Shown: one piece after another, positions 1 through 31,362 of the stretch
How positions within the stretch are numbered: the stretch's first letter is position 1
How the letters are laid out: every line of letters begins with the position of its first letter
Assembly (NCBI GenBank): GCA_051294375.1
Contig: CM119270.1
Location: 13,735,833 to 13,799,832, forward strand
DNA length: 64,000 bases
Direction of reading: 5' to 3'
From: Paraspadella gotoi
Lineage: Eukaryota > Animalia > Chaetognatha
Made by a program: the position numbers and the translations under genes
The notes under the pieces: generated by a model
Seen by the model: only the letters and a program-made list of their open reading frames with translations
Database searches by the model: none
Told to the model about the DNA's origin: nothing

Positions 1-800
1 AACGGGGAAAAAAGTTCAAGAAATAGAAAATGATGAAAAAAACTGCGCTAACAATAATAATAAACAAAGAGAAACAGATGTTGAATTCCGACCAATCCTT
101 TTACCCAATTCGACAAATCGTACTGAGCAGATTAAATGTAAACAATAAAATATGTTGATTTCTAAATGTATGGCTCGTTTTATAATGACAAAAAAAATTG
201 CATCACTTCTCTATTCCCGCGTGTTCTCATTCGAATTTGGCAACCGAATTTTATCCGAAAGTAAGAAGTTATTTGAACAGTAATATTTCGAATGAGAAAG
301 TTTTTCACATCGACTTTGGTTAAAGTTTGCAAAAGATAAAAGGATTTGTTGATGTTGAAAGTCAAAAGAATAAAAAAAAATTTAAAAAAAAACGAAAAGA
401 AGTAATTCTTTTTCATGGAAATCCAAAGTGTGGTCAACGAGAAATAAAAAAAAAGAGATTAGATAAACACGGGGTGTCTAATTCTTTATATTCGTCCTTC
501 GAATTCCACTCGGGTTTTCAAGTGTTTTCAAATGTGAGTTGATTAATTTATCAATTCATTAATCAAACGATCATTAGTGAAATATCTGGTGATCATTAAA
601 AAAAATTTCCATTGGTGATCGTGAAAAGTTCACAAATCTTGATGCCATTCTCGAATTATCCGTCGATGGAAACAGGATTTCGCATCTTTTTTTTTTCGAT
701 CTTTTAATTGTGGAAAAAACCGAAACAATAAAAATTCGCGAGTGAAAAACGACCGAGTGAAAAAGGTTTAAAGAGTAGAAGCAAAGTTTCCATCGATGGA

Positions 801-868
<68 letters not shown>

Positions 869-1082
869 CCGGTCGGATGGTTTTTTTTTTTTTAAACATC
901 TTCTTTTGAAAATTTTGGGGAAAGTGAAACGATGAGGGGAGGTGAGGGAGGAAGAGAGGAAGAGGAGGAAGAAGAGAAAAAGGAAGAGGAGGAGGGGACA
1001 ACTGGGGAATAGAAACGGTGAAAAGGTAAAATATACGTAGGTAAAAAAAAATTGCGTTCAGGGAAAAAGAGAGAACCCCTGG

Positions 1083-1144
<62 letters not shown>

Positions 1145-1151
1145 AGAGAGA
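801..1151. repeat. Two (GA)n microsatellites (801-866, 1087-1151)
   Basis: Direct inspection. Confidence 0.95.
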
Positions 1152-1860
1152 ATCGCCGACGGATCTTCCCCCCCACTTGGGTTTTTTCGTTGCGTCACTT
1201 TTTCCTGCATCGATTGTTGTTGACGTCGATGACGAAAACTTTTATTATACGTAATCACATTCGTTCTTTTCGATCGTTGGTGATGTCACGTTTCTACTCA
1301 AACGTAAACACTTATCATACGTCTTTGAATTTTTTAATTTACAGCTGTTAATCCCAACTTATCGAAGATTACCAAGATAAATCTCGTTTGGACGCGCAAA
1401 TAAGGAAAGGGGGGGGGAATGACAAAAAAAAACTAAGAAACGTTTAAATCTTTTGACGACTGCGCTTTGTCTTTGGATCAAACTGTATTCTATTTCATTA
1501 ACTATGGATTATTCTGTCAATAAGAAAACTATTTGTTTGTATTTCAAACTAGAGCGAGTTTTGATTTTAAACGTTCCGATTTTAGATACTAACTTTTCAA
1601 GAAGATATCTATAAAAAGGTAAGCGGGTTTATTCCTTGCTTACTCATTTGCTTGCTTCCTTGCTTACTCATTTGAGACCTCAAACTTGATAATTAAAAAA
1701 AAAACCATTTGGCCCCACAATCGTATTTTGATCGGCGGTCATCGTTGCTGAAAGAGATAAAGTAATAGGAGCTTCTCGAAAGCAGACTATGACGACGTCA
1801 TTGCTACTGATGATTGATGTCGCCGTCATTTCTGTCGGAAATCAAGGATGTGGGAACGTG

Positions 1861-2892
1861 CAGGGGCGGCGAGAGGGGGGACACTCTCGCCTCAGGGTCC
1901 CTGAGAAGTGAGAAGAGAGAAAAAAAGAAGGAAAAAAGAAAAAAAAAGAAAAAAGCATAAAAAACAAGAAAGAAGAAGAAAAAAAGAAGAACAAAAAAGA
2001 AAGAAGGAGAAAAAAAAGAATTGAGTGATTACGAAAAAAGGTTCAGTCTGTACAGATACTACAGATAGTCTTACTGATCAAATTCAGGTTAGATCATGCT
2101 TGGCCCTTTTTAGACTTTAGGGGTTGAGTTGGGCCCCTATTTAAGTCAAATCATTTATTGGTAATGTCCCAATTGTTTCAGGGATATAGTCCATTTCACT
2201 TTTAATGGAGCCCATCATCATCATCATCATCATCATACCATACTTTTTATAGTTTTTGCTAATTTTAACCAATAAAACATACAAATTTGGAAATCTTGTA
2301 ATAAAAATAAAAATTCTGAATTAGAAAAATTGGCATGATTTATAGCAATATGATAAACTTTAAATGCTTCTATGAAATAGGTACAACCATTATAAAAATT
2401 ATTCATTCATTTAATAAATAAGCTAACTTGTCCCTGACTTTGGACACCTTGGGTGGTTTAAGACCTCCATCACACTTACAAGATAATTATATAGCAAGCT
2501 TTTAATCATGACTTTCTCATCTTGTTTTCACTCCCAGTGAACCTGGCTTCCCTATCAATTAAGTGGTATAATATTTCAAAGAATGTTTCAATTGTATGAA
2601 AAGACCACTCCCTTAAGTATTGTATGTTATTAACTATGTACATAAAATCTTAATTTTTTTAATTTCGTTATCCCACAGGGATGCTCTAACGTTATTTATA
2701 GTACATAATTCTTAGTTTTTACCTTGTTCCGCCTTACTCCACAATACTGTATGAGATAGTAGTTTGAGCACTAGAGAAATTTTCAAGGCAGAAGTCGGTG
2801 ATTGAAAACTAAAAAGCTAAACTTATGGAGAGCGGGGGGGGGGGCGACCCAGGGGCCAGTGGCGGGGCCCGCTATTTCTCTCGCCGCCCCCG
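1861..2892. mobile_element. Non-autonomous hAT-like MITE (~1.03 kb)
   Basis: TIRs CAGGGGCGGCGAGAG (1861) and CTCTCGCCGCCCCCG (ends 2892) match at 14/15. Flanking 8-mers GGAACGTG and GGTATGTG match at 6/8, consistent with a decayed 8-bp TSD. No ORF inside. Confidence 0.7.
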
Positions 2893-4522
2893 GGTATGTG
2901 TATTACGTTTCAATTATTAGTATCTGCTCGTTAGACTGACTATCGACAACGATTGAGACAGATTTCTATTTTTAAAAATTTATTCTTACAATCACAACTA
3001 AAATTCCTCTTGAAACACGAAAATACATGTCTACATGTACAAATTGTACATAGTGCATACTGTCATATATCTCGAAGCGAGACATCGTATTTTATTCTTA
3101 GATTTAATTTTTTTTCTCTATCATATTTCTTCATTTTTTGAACATAAATATCACTCTATTAGACGATTCTAAATAAAAGATAATATAGCGCTTGTTCTCT
3201 TAGTCCCTGATTCTTATCCAGATAGGAACGGTCATTTTACAAAAAGAGTGACGGGCCGGTTGAACTACTGATAGCAAGCCGACCCCCGGATACGAAGTTC
3301 CGTCAGAGGGGATCGACGACCCCTTTTCCTCGTTAAATTTGGATATAAAGACTAAGGGAAAATAGTGTATTCAAAAATTTTAAAATATATAACATGATTT
3401 GATTTGATTTTACCTAAATCGTTTTCTTATATATGTGTTTTATTCGTTTACAACAATTAGTTGAGGCAAAATGGTTTTTGTTTTACAACGATTTTTTTTA
3501 TTTTTTTTCATAGAAAAAACGGACAAAAACCATTTTGCCTCAATACACAGAACAACGAAAGGAAAGGTTATTACCAATATAACAATTAGTTGAAACAGTA
3601 CATTCAGAAGGGCTTACAGCATTACAGATAAACACCATAATTGTATAGTTTACAATTTCACAAAATATAAATATTTAAATTAACAGAGGAAACAGCATGG
3701 ATTCAAAGTTTTTAGATCTACAGTACAAGCAAACATTTTGTAGATATCATTATATCCAAATGAAGTCTTTAATTGATCGTACAATCTATTCCAACCAAAT
3801 ATTTTTCTAATGCCATCATTTATTGCTAAATTTAAGTATTGTGACACAATTAGTATAGTACAAATGCATAAGAACTTCTTCTGAGGGTTTATTCAAGAAA
3901 TTAAGGAGACAATTGCTAGAGCGGAAGAAAGAGGATAACTCAAAGACAAGTCCTTTTTCATTACTAAGATTATCTAATATCTATACTAAAAAAGAACATC
4001 AAATGTAAAAGACAACCATCATCGTCAATGCTAAAAGAATTTCTACAAAGATCATAAATCACGACCGGCATGCGAATACAACAACAATCACACAAACAAC
4101 AACAACAACAACAATAGCATGTCGTCTCTTAAGACATCTTCATTCGCAGGAGAACAGTCCCTTGTAACTGCTTCCGCTGGCACAACTGTGAACAACAACT
4201 GCTTCGATTTTCTGTCATTCCCTTATAATACCAAAATCTGCATCGACCAGTTCGCCAGTGAAGTCCACGAGAATCGCATTCGGTCAGGAGCCGCGCGACC
4301 ACGTTTTTCATCTTTTCCATCTGCATGTCTGAAAAATTTTCTCTCGCTATCTCTCTTTCTCTCTCCCTCTCTAGCTCTCGCTCTCTCTCATGTCTCTCTC
4401 TCTCTTTTTCTCCTCCCTCCCCCCTTTTCCCTGTCCTTTCTTTTTTTGCATTACTACAAAACCACTCTCTTCCTACTCATCCTCCTTGCTACTCTGAGTA
4501 ACTATCCTCTCCTCATCGTTGG

Positions 4523-4644
<122 letters not shown>

Positions 4645-5203
4645 CGCGCGGGTCTCATGTTGAAGCCTGAAAAGTGCAAAGCAGCTCCTCTCTCTTTCTG
4701 CACCGTCTTTCCTCTTCCCTCGCTCCTCGCTCTCAAATCTCGTTCTCCGCTTGCATCCTTCTCCCCTTAGATTTCTTTGTTCATTTTCTTCTTCCCTTCG
4801 CTCTTCCTCTTCCTCTAGCCACAAGCCGACCGCTCTCCTCCTCCCTAAAAAGTCGTCTAAAAATGGCGCAGCTGCCATGAGAAGCTGTAAGCTTTGGCCC
4901 TCTAAGACAGCACCGGTGTATAATTGGCAACCATGGACGGATTTTCGAGACGCGGCTACCACAGCATATCTCTCTCTCCCTCTCCCTCTTTCTCTCTCCG
5001 TCGCTCTCGCACTCTCTTTCTTATAAAGTGCCACGGGACAGGGCGACGGTCCGCGTGTGCGTCCCCGTAACAGGACTTCTCTCTATTGGAACAACGAAAA
5101 CGTACGCAAAATGCCATTATTTTTTGTATCGCCCTCGATTTTCTAGTCGCGACGCGGAAATAATCCAAGATTTCTTTTTCCATGTCGCCTCCATCTCTGC
5201 TCA

Positions 5204-5329
<126 letters not shown>

Positions 5330-7475
5330 AACAGCATCACGTATTGACGGAACGGGATATTGAGGAATTGAGACATACTCAATATTTCTATTTTGTTTTC
5401 GTCTCCGCATTTAACTTTCAATACTGCACGATGCTGCGACATCCATCCACGCTGTTTCTTCGCCGTGGTCGCCATCGGGTTGTTTTTTTCCACCGGACGC
5501 GCTTCGATAAAACCTCGTGATGGCAAGAGGCGCGGGATGTTCGCGAGACTGGGTCGTCCGCGTTTCCGTCGATACTCGATGCTAAACGAAGAAACGGACA
5601 TTTTTAACTTTTCCAGGCCCGCTTGGCCTCTTTTCAATGGATTAAATAGAAGAACAAGTTGGAAAATTAACTACTTCGTTATATATTACGATTTTCTTGA
5701 TCGCTGATTCCTAATAAGATTTTTTTTGACGTATATAATTTAGTAACTCTTCCCTGACTATACTGTAGGCACAACTGTAAAAAAAACGGAGGTCCGCCAT
5801 CAACTCGAAACGGGATTGAAAGAATGTGACGGGACGGGACGGGTTAAAAATCGTGTATGCGGAACGTCGGAACAGTTGTTCCTCGATAGGCAGGAGTTTG
5901 TAATTTAAAGTCAGTTAAAGTCAGTTGTTGATAGAAACAGGTTTCAATTTCTAAGTTCGCGTAAATTTGGAAAAATAAACTAATTATATCATTATTAGGC
6001 TAACATATTAGCCGAAACATGTTCGATTTTCTCCTTTAAAATAAAAACAAATTCGTTGTCTGTTAACAAAATAATAAATTTCGCTTAATTCTAACAAATC
6101 TGTGGTTATGTTCGATCCGCCGTTTTAAGCTAAGTTCATTTAGATTTCTCAGAATATCCCCTTGCTTTAATTTCAGGTCGACCAAAAAATATACGCTGCC
6201 ACAGAAAAACCATAGACAGACGACAAAGAACGAAGACGAGGGAAAATCCATTGGACGAACTCTCTCTGGAAGAAACGATGATGTCCAAACGCTGGACGGA
6301 GCCAAGCTCGAAACTGCAAAAGAAAAAACAAAAACACGAACGAATGTCATAAGAAAAACCCAAGGATTAATTTAATATAAAATTAAAAAAGTCGGAAAGG
6401 GGGCAATGCTCCGCCGCGCCCCTGTAGAACGCCGTCGTCGGGGGAGGCGCATGTGTCGATACACCGGCAGCTCTTGAAGGGCACGCCCTATAAGTCTTCG
6501 GAACCTCCCAACGACCCATTAAATAAAAAACAAGAAAAAAAACAAAAAAACAAAATAGTAAATAAAGGAGAAAGACTCCGTTAATGGGAACCTCTCGAAG
6601 CCAGATCGCGACCACCGCCACCTCCGAAAAATAAACCACGCTTTTTTTGTTGATATTTTATTTTTGTTATTTATTTTATTTTTCCTTTATTAATTCAAAA
6701 GGTTGGAAGAAAATTGCGCGCTTTTAATTATATTAAAGGTTAGTATGTGTTGTCAAAACCGATTTAAATACTAAAATGTGCTAAAATATTATGGTCAAAA
6801 AACTCAAAATAAGGGGAGTGGTCACAAAATATCGTAACATTTGTATAAAAATACAGATGCAAGGGTTTTCAAGAAGCGGGGAAAAAATTATAACGTTATT
6901 GCAACGGGAGGAATGCCTGTGATACCCGGGGCGCGGGGTATCTCACCAACTGGCGTAGGGGCTGCGGACCCTCATGACCGCCTCCTGTCACTGGCATGTT
7001 TACAAATAAATATAATAAGGTCATTTAAAAATCTACTCTTTCGAATCATAAGTCAAAATCATTCAGCTGAATTCGTTGAATATAATTTGAACGCAATACT
7101 TCCAACCTAATGAATCTGATTTCATGCAAAAAACAAAGAACACCCAAGTGAAAAGAGATTTAAGGTGATTTTCGCTCAATTTCTCAATTTTATCGAGAAA
7201 GAAACAATATTTCTTTTGCGTTCAAAAAAACTAAAATTCCACCACGATCTCTTCGAAAACGGCATTGCGTTTTTTTTTACTTTATTTTCATTCACAAATA
7301 CGATTTTTAAATTGTATGACCGCGAACAAAACAGCAAAACCTGAACAAAAATAAACAAATGTTCCTCGAAGAGACACCTCCCGTTTTAATTTTTAAAAGC
7401 TAGAGACACCCTCTTTTTTCCACGCGTTCTCCGGTTGTCTTAAAAGCGCTCCGCCTCTCTACTCTCTCTCTCTCT

Positions 7476-7549
<74 letters not shown>

Positions 7550-7585
7550 CCGCCTCCCCCTTCTCTCCTATCCCTTTTACCTCAG

Positions 7586-7840
7586 CGGTCTCCCTCAACT
7601 CCGCCGCTTTCTCCGATGTCGACGAACTGGGCGTACAGCGCCGCGGCTGCGGCCATGTCCCACCACTACCACCAAAACAACCATCATCATCATCACCATC
7701 ACCCCTTGCCCGCGCATATGGGGAGCGCCTCCATGCCCCCGCCCCCGCGCACGCGGCGGTGACGCAGCATCAGCACGTCTTGCGACTTCCGCCGCCGACC
7801 CGACCGCGCGCTGCTGCAGGACGCGCTGAGGCTGCGGCCC

Positions 7841-7857
<17 letters not shown>
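7586..7857 (+). CDS. eIF4G: Candidate first coding exon of eIF4G (MSTNWAYSAAAAAMSHHYHQNNHHHHHHHP...; ends MALGKF across the splice)
   Basis: Acceptor cctttttacctcag-like site ends at 7585 and donor GTGAGT starts at 7858. The phase-2 end fits the 8561 exon. His-rich coding matches the downstream exons, but there is an in-frame TGA at 7760-7762. Confidence 0.55.
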
Positions 7858-26894
<19,037 letters not shown>

Positions 26895-28981
26895 CCCCTC
26901 TTGCCCGACGATCCCAACTCACCCACCTTTCCCCTCTTGCCCGACGATCCACCCAACTCACCACCCTTACCCCCCCATTACACCCCACTCTTCGCCCGTC
27001 GAACTGACCTTTCCCTTTCTTCCACTACCTTTTTTTCCCCCCGCATCCGACATGCTCCAAACCCCCCCCCCCCCCAAAAAAAAGGAAAACCCTCTCACTT
27101 TTCCCTCTTTGCCCTCCTCCCCCCCCTTCTCACAGCACACTCTGCATTCCCCCCACCCATCTTCACGATCACCCCGCTCTCCCGTTTCTTAAAAAAAAAA
27201 ACAAAAACTGAAAATGAAATTATTGTGCATTAACGAATTAAAAAAAAAAAACCGAGAAAACTTTTAATTATTAATCCGCCTTCGAAAATTGACGTAGACC
27301 CCCCCCTTCGGCCACCCCCGCCCTGCCCATTCCCATCCCTTTCCCTTCACGTTCTTTCCATCCCCCCCTTCTTTCTTCGTTCTACTTCCCCCCCCCCGCT
27401 TATTCCAAGATGGCGGATGAAAGCGATTATGGGGAGAAAATCCGATTTCTCGAATGGGGGAGAAAAATGGGATAAGGGATGAAAAGGAGCGAGCCGGCGT
27501 CTTCATTTTAACCCCTTCCCCCCTTCCCCCCCCCTTCCCCATTCCTTTACTCCTTTCCCTTTGCCTCTCTCCCTCCGTGCCCCCCTTTTTACCCGCTATG
27601 TGGTGATGATAACGACGGACGAAGGCGATAACGACTACTCGTCTTGTCGTCGTCGTCGCCGTCGTTCTCTTCCTAATTTCCCGCCAATCATGCCCCACTC
27701 CGCCCCCCTACGCCACTCTTTGACGATTGCGCTTTTGTTTTACTGTTATTTCTTTCTCTCTCGCTCTCTCTCTCTCGCTAAGTTAGGTAACAAAACAAAA
27801 CGAAACAATAACAACAATAACGAAATGATTGATATTATTGATTTCATTGATTCGGAAGGAGATTCGCTCAATCGAGTTTCGCGACCCTGATTCGTTTTCG
27901 CATCCGTTCGTTTGTTTATTTTTAGGCTTCATTATTATTATTCTATTAATTCTTTATTAACACTATATTAATATTATAAATTTCTTAATATGATAAAATA
28001 GGATTATTTTCAGTAAACAAAAAAAAAAGACAAAAAACGAACCGCGTATCGCGCCAATGGGTCACGTGGCGTAAACAAACAAAAAAGGGCGGGAAAGAGT
28101 AAATCACGTCGAGGATCTTTGCCTTTTTTTTTATTAGAGAGACAGTAAATATTAGTTTTAAAAAGATTGTTTCTTTTTTCTTTTTTTCCTTTTTTTTTAT
28201 TTTACGAACGGCTTTTTCGTGAAAAAGAGACTCTATAAGTTCAAATACGGTCTTGCCTCTGTGCCACTTTGGAAACATGAGATATTCTGTCTCCTGGGCA
28301 AATCACTGTGGAAACTTGCGGAAAACTGTAATAGGAAACAATTTTGTTTTTCTCTCTTTCTCTCTCTCATCGCGCGAATCGTTTTGTCGTTCCCAGTGAG
28401 TGATGCGGTATGATATATAACTATGGTTGTAGTATTAATAAATCACGCATTGCGGTCGCCATAACTGAATCTATAGCTAATAATTTCAGCTGCCGTTTTA
28501 TTCTTAAGCTTATTGTTGTTGCAGTTTGACATTACTTGCCTACTCGCGATTATGTTCGAAACATGGTTAATCTTTTTAGACTAAAATTATTTTTTTCGTG
28601 TTTTGCTTTCTCAATCGAATAATTATTTTTCAGAAAGATATAATGAAATTGCTTTGTTCCCCCGAGATCGTGTTTGAACCTTTGGAGTTTCGTCATTGAT
28701 TACTACTTTCTCTCTAGTGTAATTTATTTCATTTCTAGTTTCAATAAAAAGATTACACGACAATGACTCGAGTTTTCTGCGTAAAGCGTTGAACTATGAA
28801 AAAGATAAGTTAGCAAAATTATTGATGATTTTCATACCAGCCTAAGATGCGTTACTAGGGAGATGTTAAGTGTTAAGTGGGCGATTTTATTTTTTTGCGT
28901 CCGATTCGACGTGGGCAGCTTAAAGGGAAGACTTAAATTTCATTCACTCTAATTCGCGACCTCAATTCAAAAGTAATATAT

Positions 28982-29131
28982 TGATTGAAAGCTTGCAGGG
29001 ACCTGCTATGTCATTATCTTGTAAGAGTGATGGGGACCTTAAACCACCAAAGCCTGTCCAAAGTCAGGGGCAAGATAGCTTATTTATTAAATGAATGGAT
29101 AATTTTTATATTGGTTGTACCAATTTCATAG
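28982..29131 (+). repeat. Fragment of an interspersed repeat also found inside the 1861-2892 MITE (2372-2508, minus strand)
   Basis: Shared core CAAAGTCAGGGGCAAGATAGCTTATTTATTAAATGAATGGATAATTTTTATATTGGTTGTACCAATTTCATA. Shorter copies at ~30063-30130, ~52040-52070 and ~55402-55479. Confidence 0.8.
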
Positions 29132-31085
29132 TAATGTGGACCAAAATTCTGTCAGATTCGAGGCAGAGCCGAAGAGCAAGATTTGTAAAGATCAAAAAGG
29201 CTTTGTTGTTTTTCTGTTTTTTTTTTTTAACTATTGACTAAAAGTGATATAAGCAATCGGTATATTGAATAATGTTTTCTTTCCATTTCTTTCTTATCTC
29301 AAGTTTCCCAAATTCGCGATCGGGAGTCGCGTCGACGGATAATTTGAAGAAAAGGAGTTTGCCGAAGGCGATCTGGATTATTTTAAATAACGTTTGATTT
29401 GGAATTTTTTAGAATCTTCAGTTTCATCGTAGAAATGTGCGACGTTGTACGTTTTTACGTCGTTTTAAAACTTTTTATATTCGTTTATAATCTGTTATAA
29501 ACTTGACTGTTTTAATTCTTCGTCGACTGCATTTAAATTTGAATGTAAATAAACATTTTTAAAACGCATTGAATTCTTAATCGTCGTCTACAAAAGTCAG
29601 CCAAATAAACAATAAGTCCGTGGCAGCTCAAACACACTCACTAACCGTATTTAGGAACCATATTCTAAAAATCTTGTCAGCTTTATTGTTATTTTTTTAA
29701 TTTTTTTCCTCTTTATTTAATATATATGTTAATATAAAACTGCATTTTTTGAGTGTATCTGTTACTCTTTTGTATGTACTGTTTCAACTAATTGTTTTAA
29801 ACGAAAAAATATATATATATTTAGCTGTAATTGTAATGACAAGCGAAGAATAAACAATTAAACTTCAAATTCTTTAGTTTCTAAACATTTTGTTCACTTA
29901 ACTTTATTAAGTTTATTAATATTATATTTAGAACTTCCAGTATATTAAATATTACGTTTCGATGCCTTTTTTTTTATAACGACTTCCCATTCTTTGCCCC
30001 CTCTCTCGAAGTGAAGGAAAAGGTACGGGTTTTTCAACAAAAGTCTAAATACCATGACAAACAGTCAGGGGCAAGATAACTTATTTATTAAATGAATAGA
30101 TAATTTTTATATTGATTGTACCAATTTTATGCATTTTATTCTTATTGCCGATTTAGCGCGTTGCCCGAAAGAATTTTAAAAACTAATGAGTCGTCGATAT
30201 TTATGATAAAATTCTTGATTTTTTTTCCCTTGATACATATCCATTTCAATTTCGTGAATTTTACACAACCTTTATTTATAGTTAATATCTATAGTTAATT
30301 TTACAGTCCTAAATTCGCGCTGCAGTAGAACTTGCATTTTGCAAATGCAGTTTGCAGTTTCATTATCATTAATGATAATTAATATAATTAATATATAATT
30401 AATATCTTTTTTTAATTTAATCGTTTCGAAAAAAAGCCTCATTTCCAAATAATTTAATAAAGTTTTCGATAAAGCATTATTAATAGCAAAATATTCGGTA
30501 CAAAGTATATCCTCATGTTTGGATACTATGAAAGGCATTTTTTAGCTTTTATTCAAAACCCAATTAACACGAGGTAATTACGCTCGTCTTTTAAGACGGA
30601 AGTAAATAATCTTTTTTTTTTTGACAACATTTTGAAAGGTAGAATTATTAAAAATTTATCATCAAATTCTATCAGTTAATTCATGCATACTCCTTTAAAA
30701 AATAACGCGTGAGAAGAAATAAAATGAATCGGATGAACAAGAAAATGAACGAATTCTTCAAGCGTGGATATGCGTCCTTTCATCAAATTTAAATTATTAT
30801 TATTATTGTTACCTGATCGTTATATGTTTACAGTTATTGAATTCGTTTGCGTTAAATTTTTGTATTAGTTTTATTTTTCAGATACATGATTTTCCATCAT
30901 TTTATCATTTTATAATTTAAATCGTTTGAAAGTAAATTTACTAAAAGCTCAAGCGGTTCTGCTACGAAAATGTCTGGACGCATCGAGAAAAAGTCGTCTG
31001 TTGACGATTTGAAGAAGATTTTTGTGAGGAATCGAAGCGAAGACGTTCCCAGGAGACGCGCTCGTGCATGACGATCGAGCGCTGA

Positions 31086-31118
<33 letters not shown>

Positions 31119-31142
31119 GATGAGCAGAGAGAAGAGAGAGAG

Positions 31143-31181
<39 letters not shown>

Positions 31182-31362
31182 CGGACGGATGTGGGAGCGT
31201 GTTGTTGTGACAAAGACGTATGCGAAGATCGAGCTATTTTAGACGATGATAGTATTTCTAAAGCCCTGATTCGTCGATTAAGATTTCACTATTAATTACA
31301 TTGTTCCCAGGTATTTTTACAGGGCAACATAATCGGTTCTGCGAAAGTAAAAAAAAAATCAG

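Noticed and set aside
26895-27192. Pro-rich C-terminal extension of eIF4G (ORF 26803-27192)
   Set aside because: It arises from a probable missing G near 26875. The duplicate supports a stop at 26892-26894, so this is 3' UTR containing a short ~39-bp tandem duplication.
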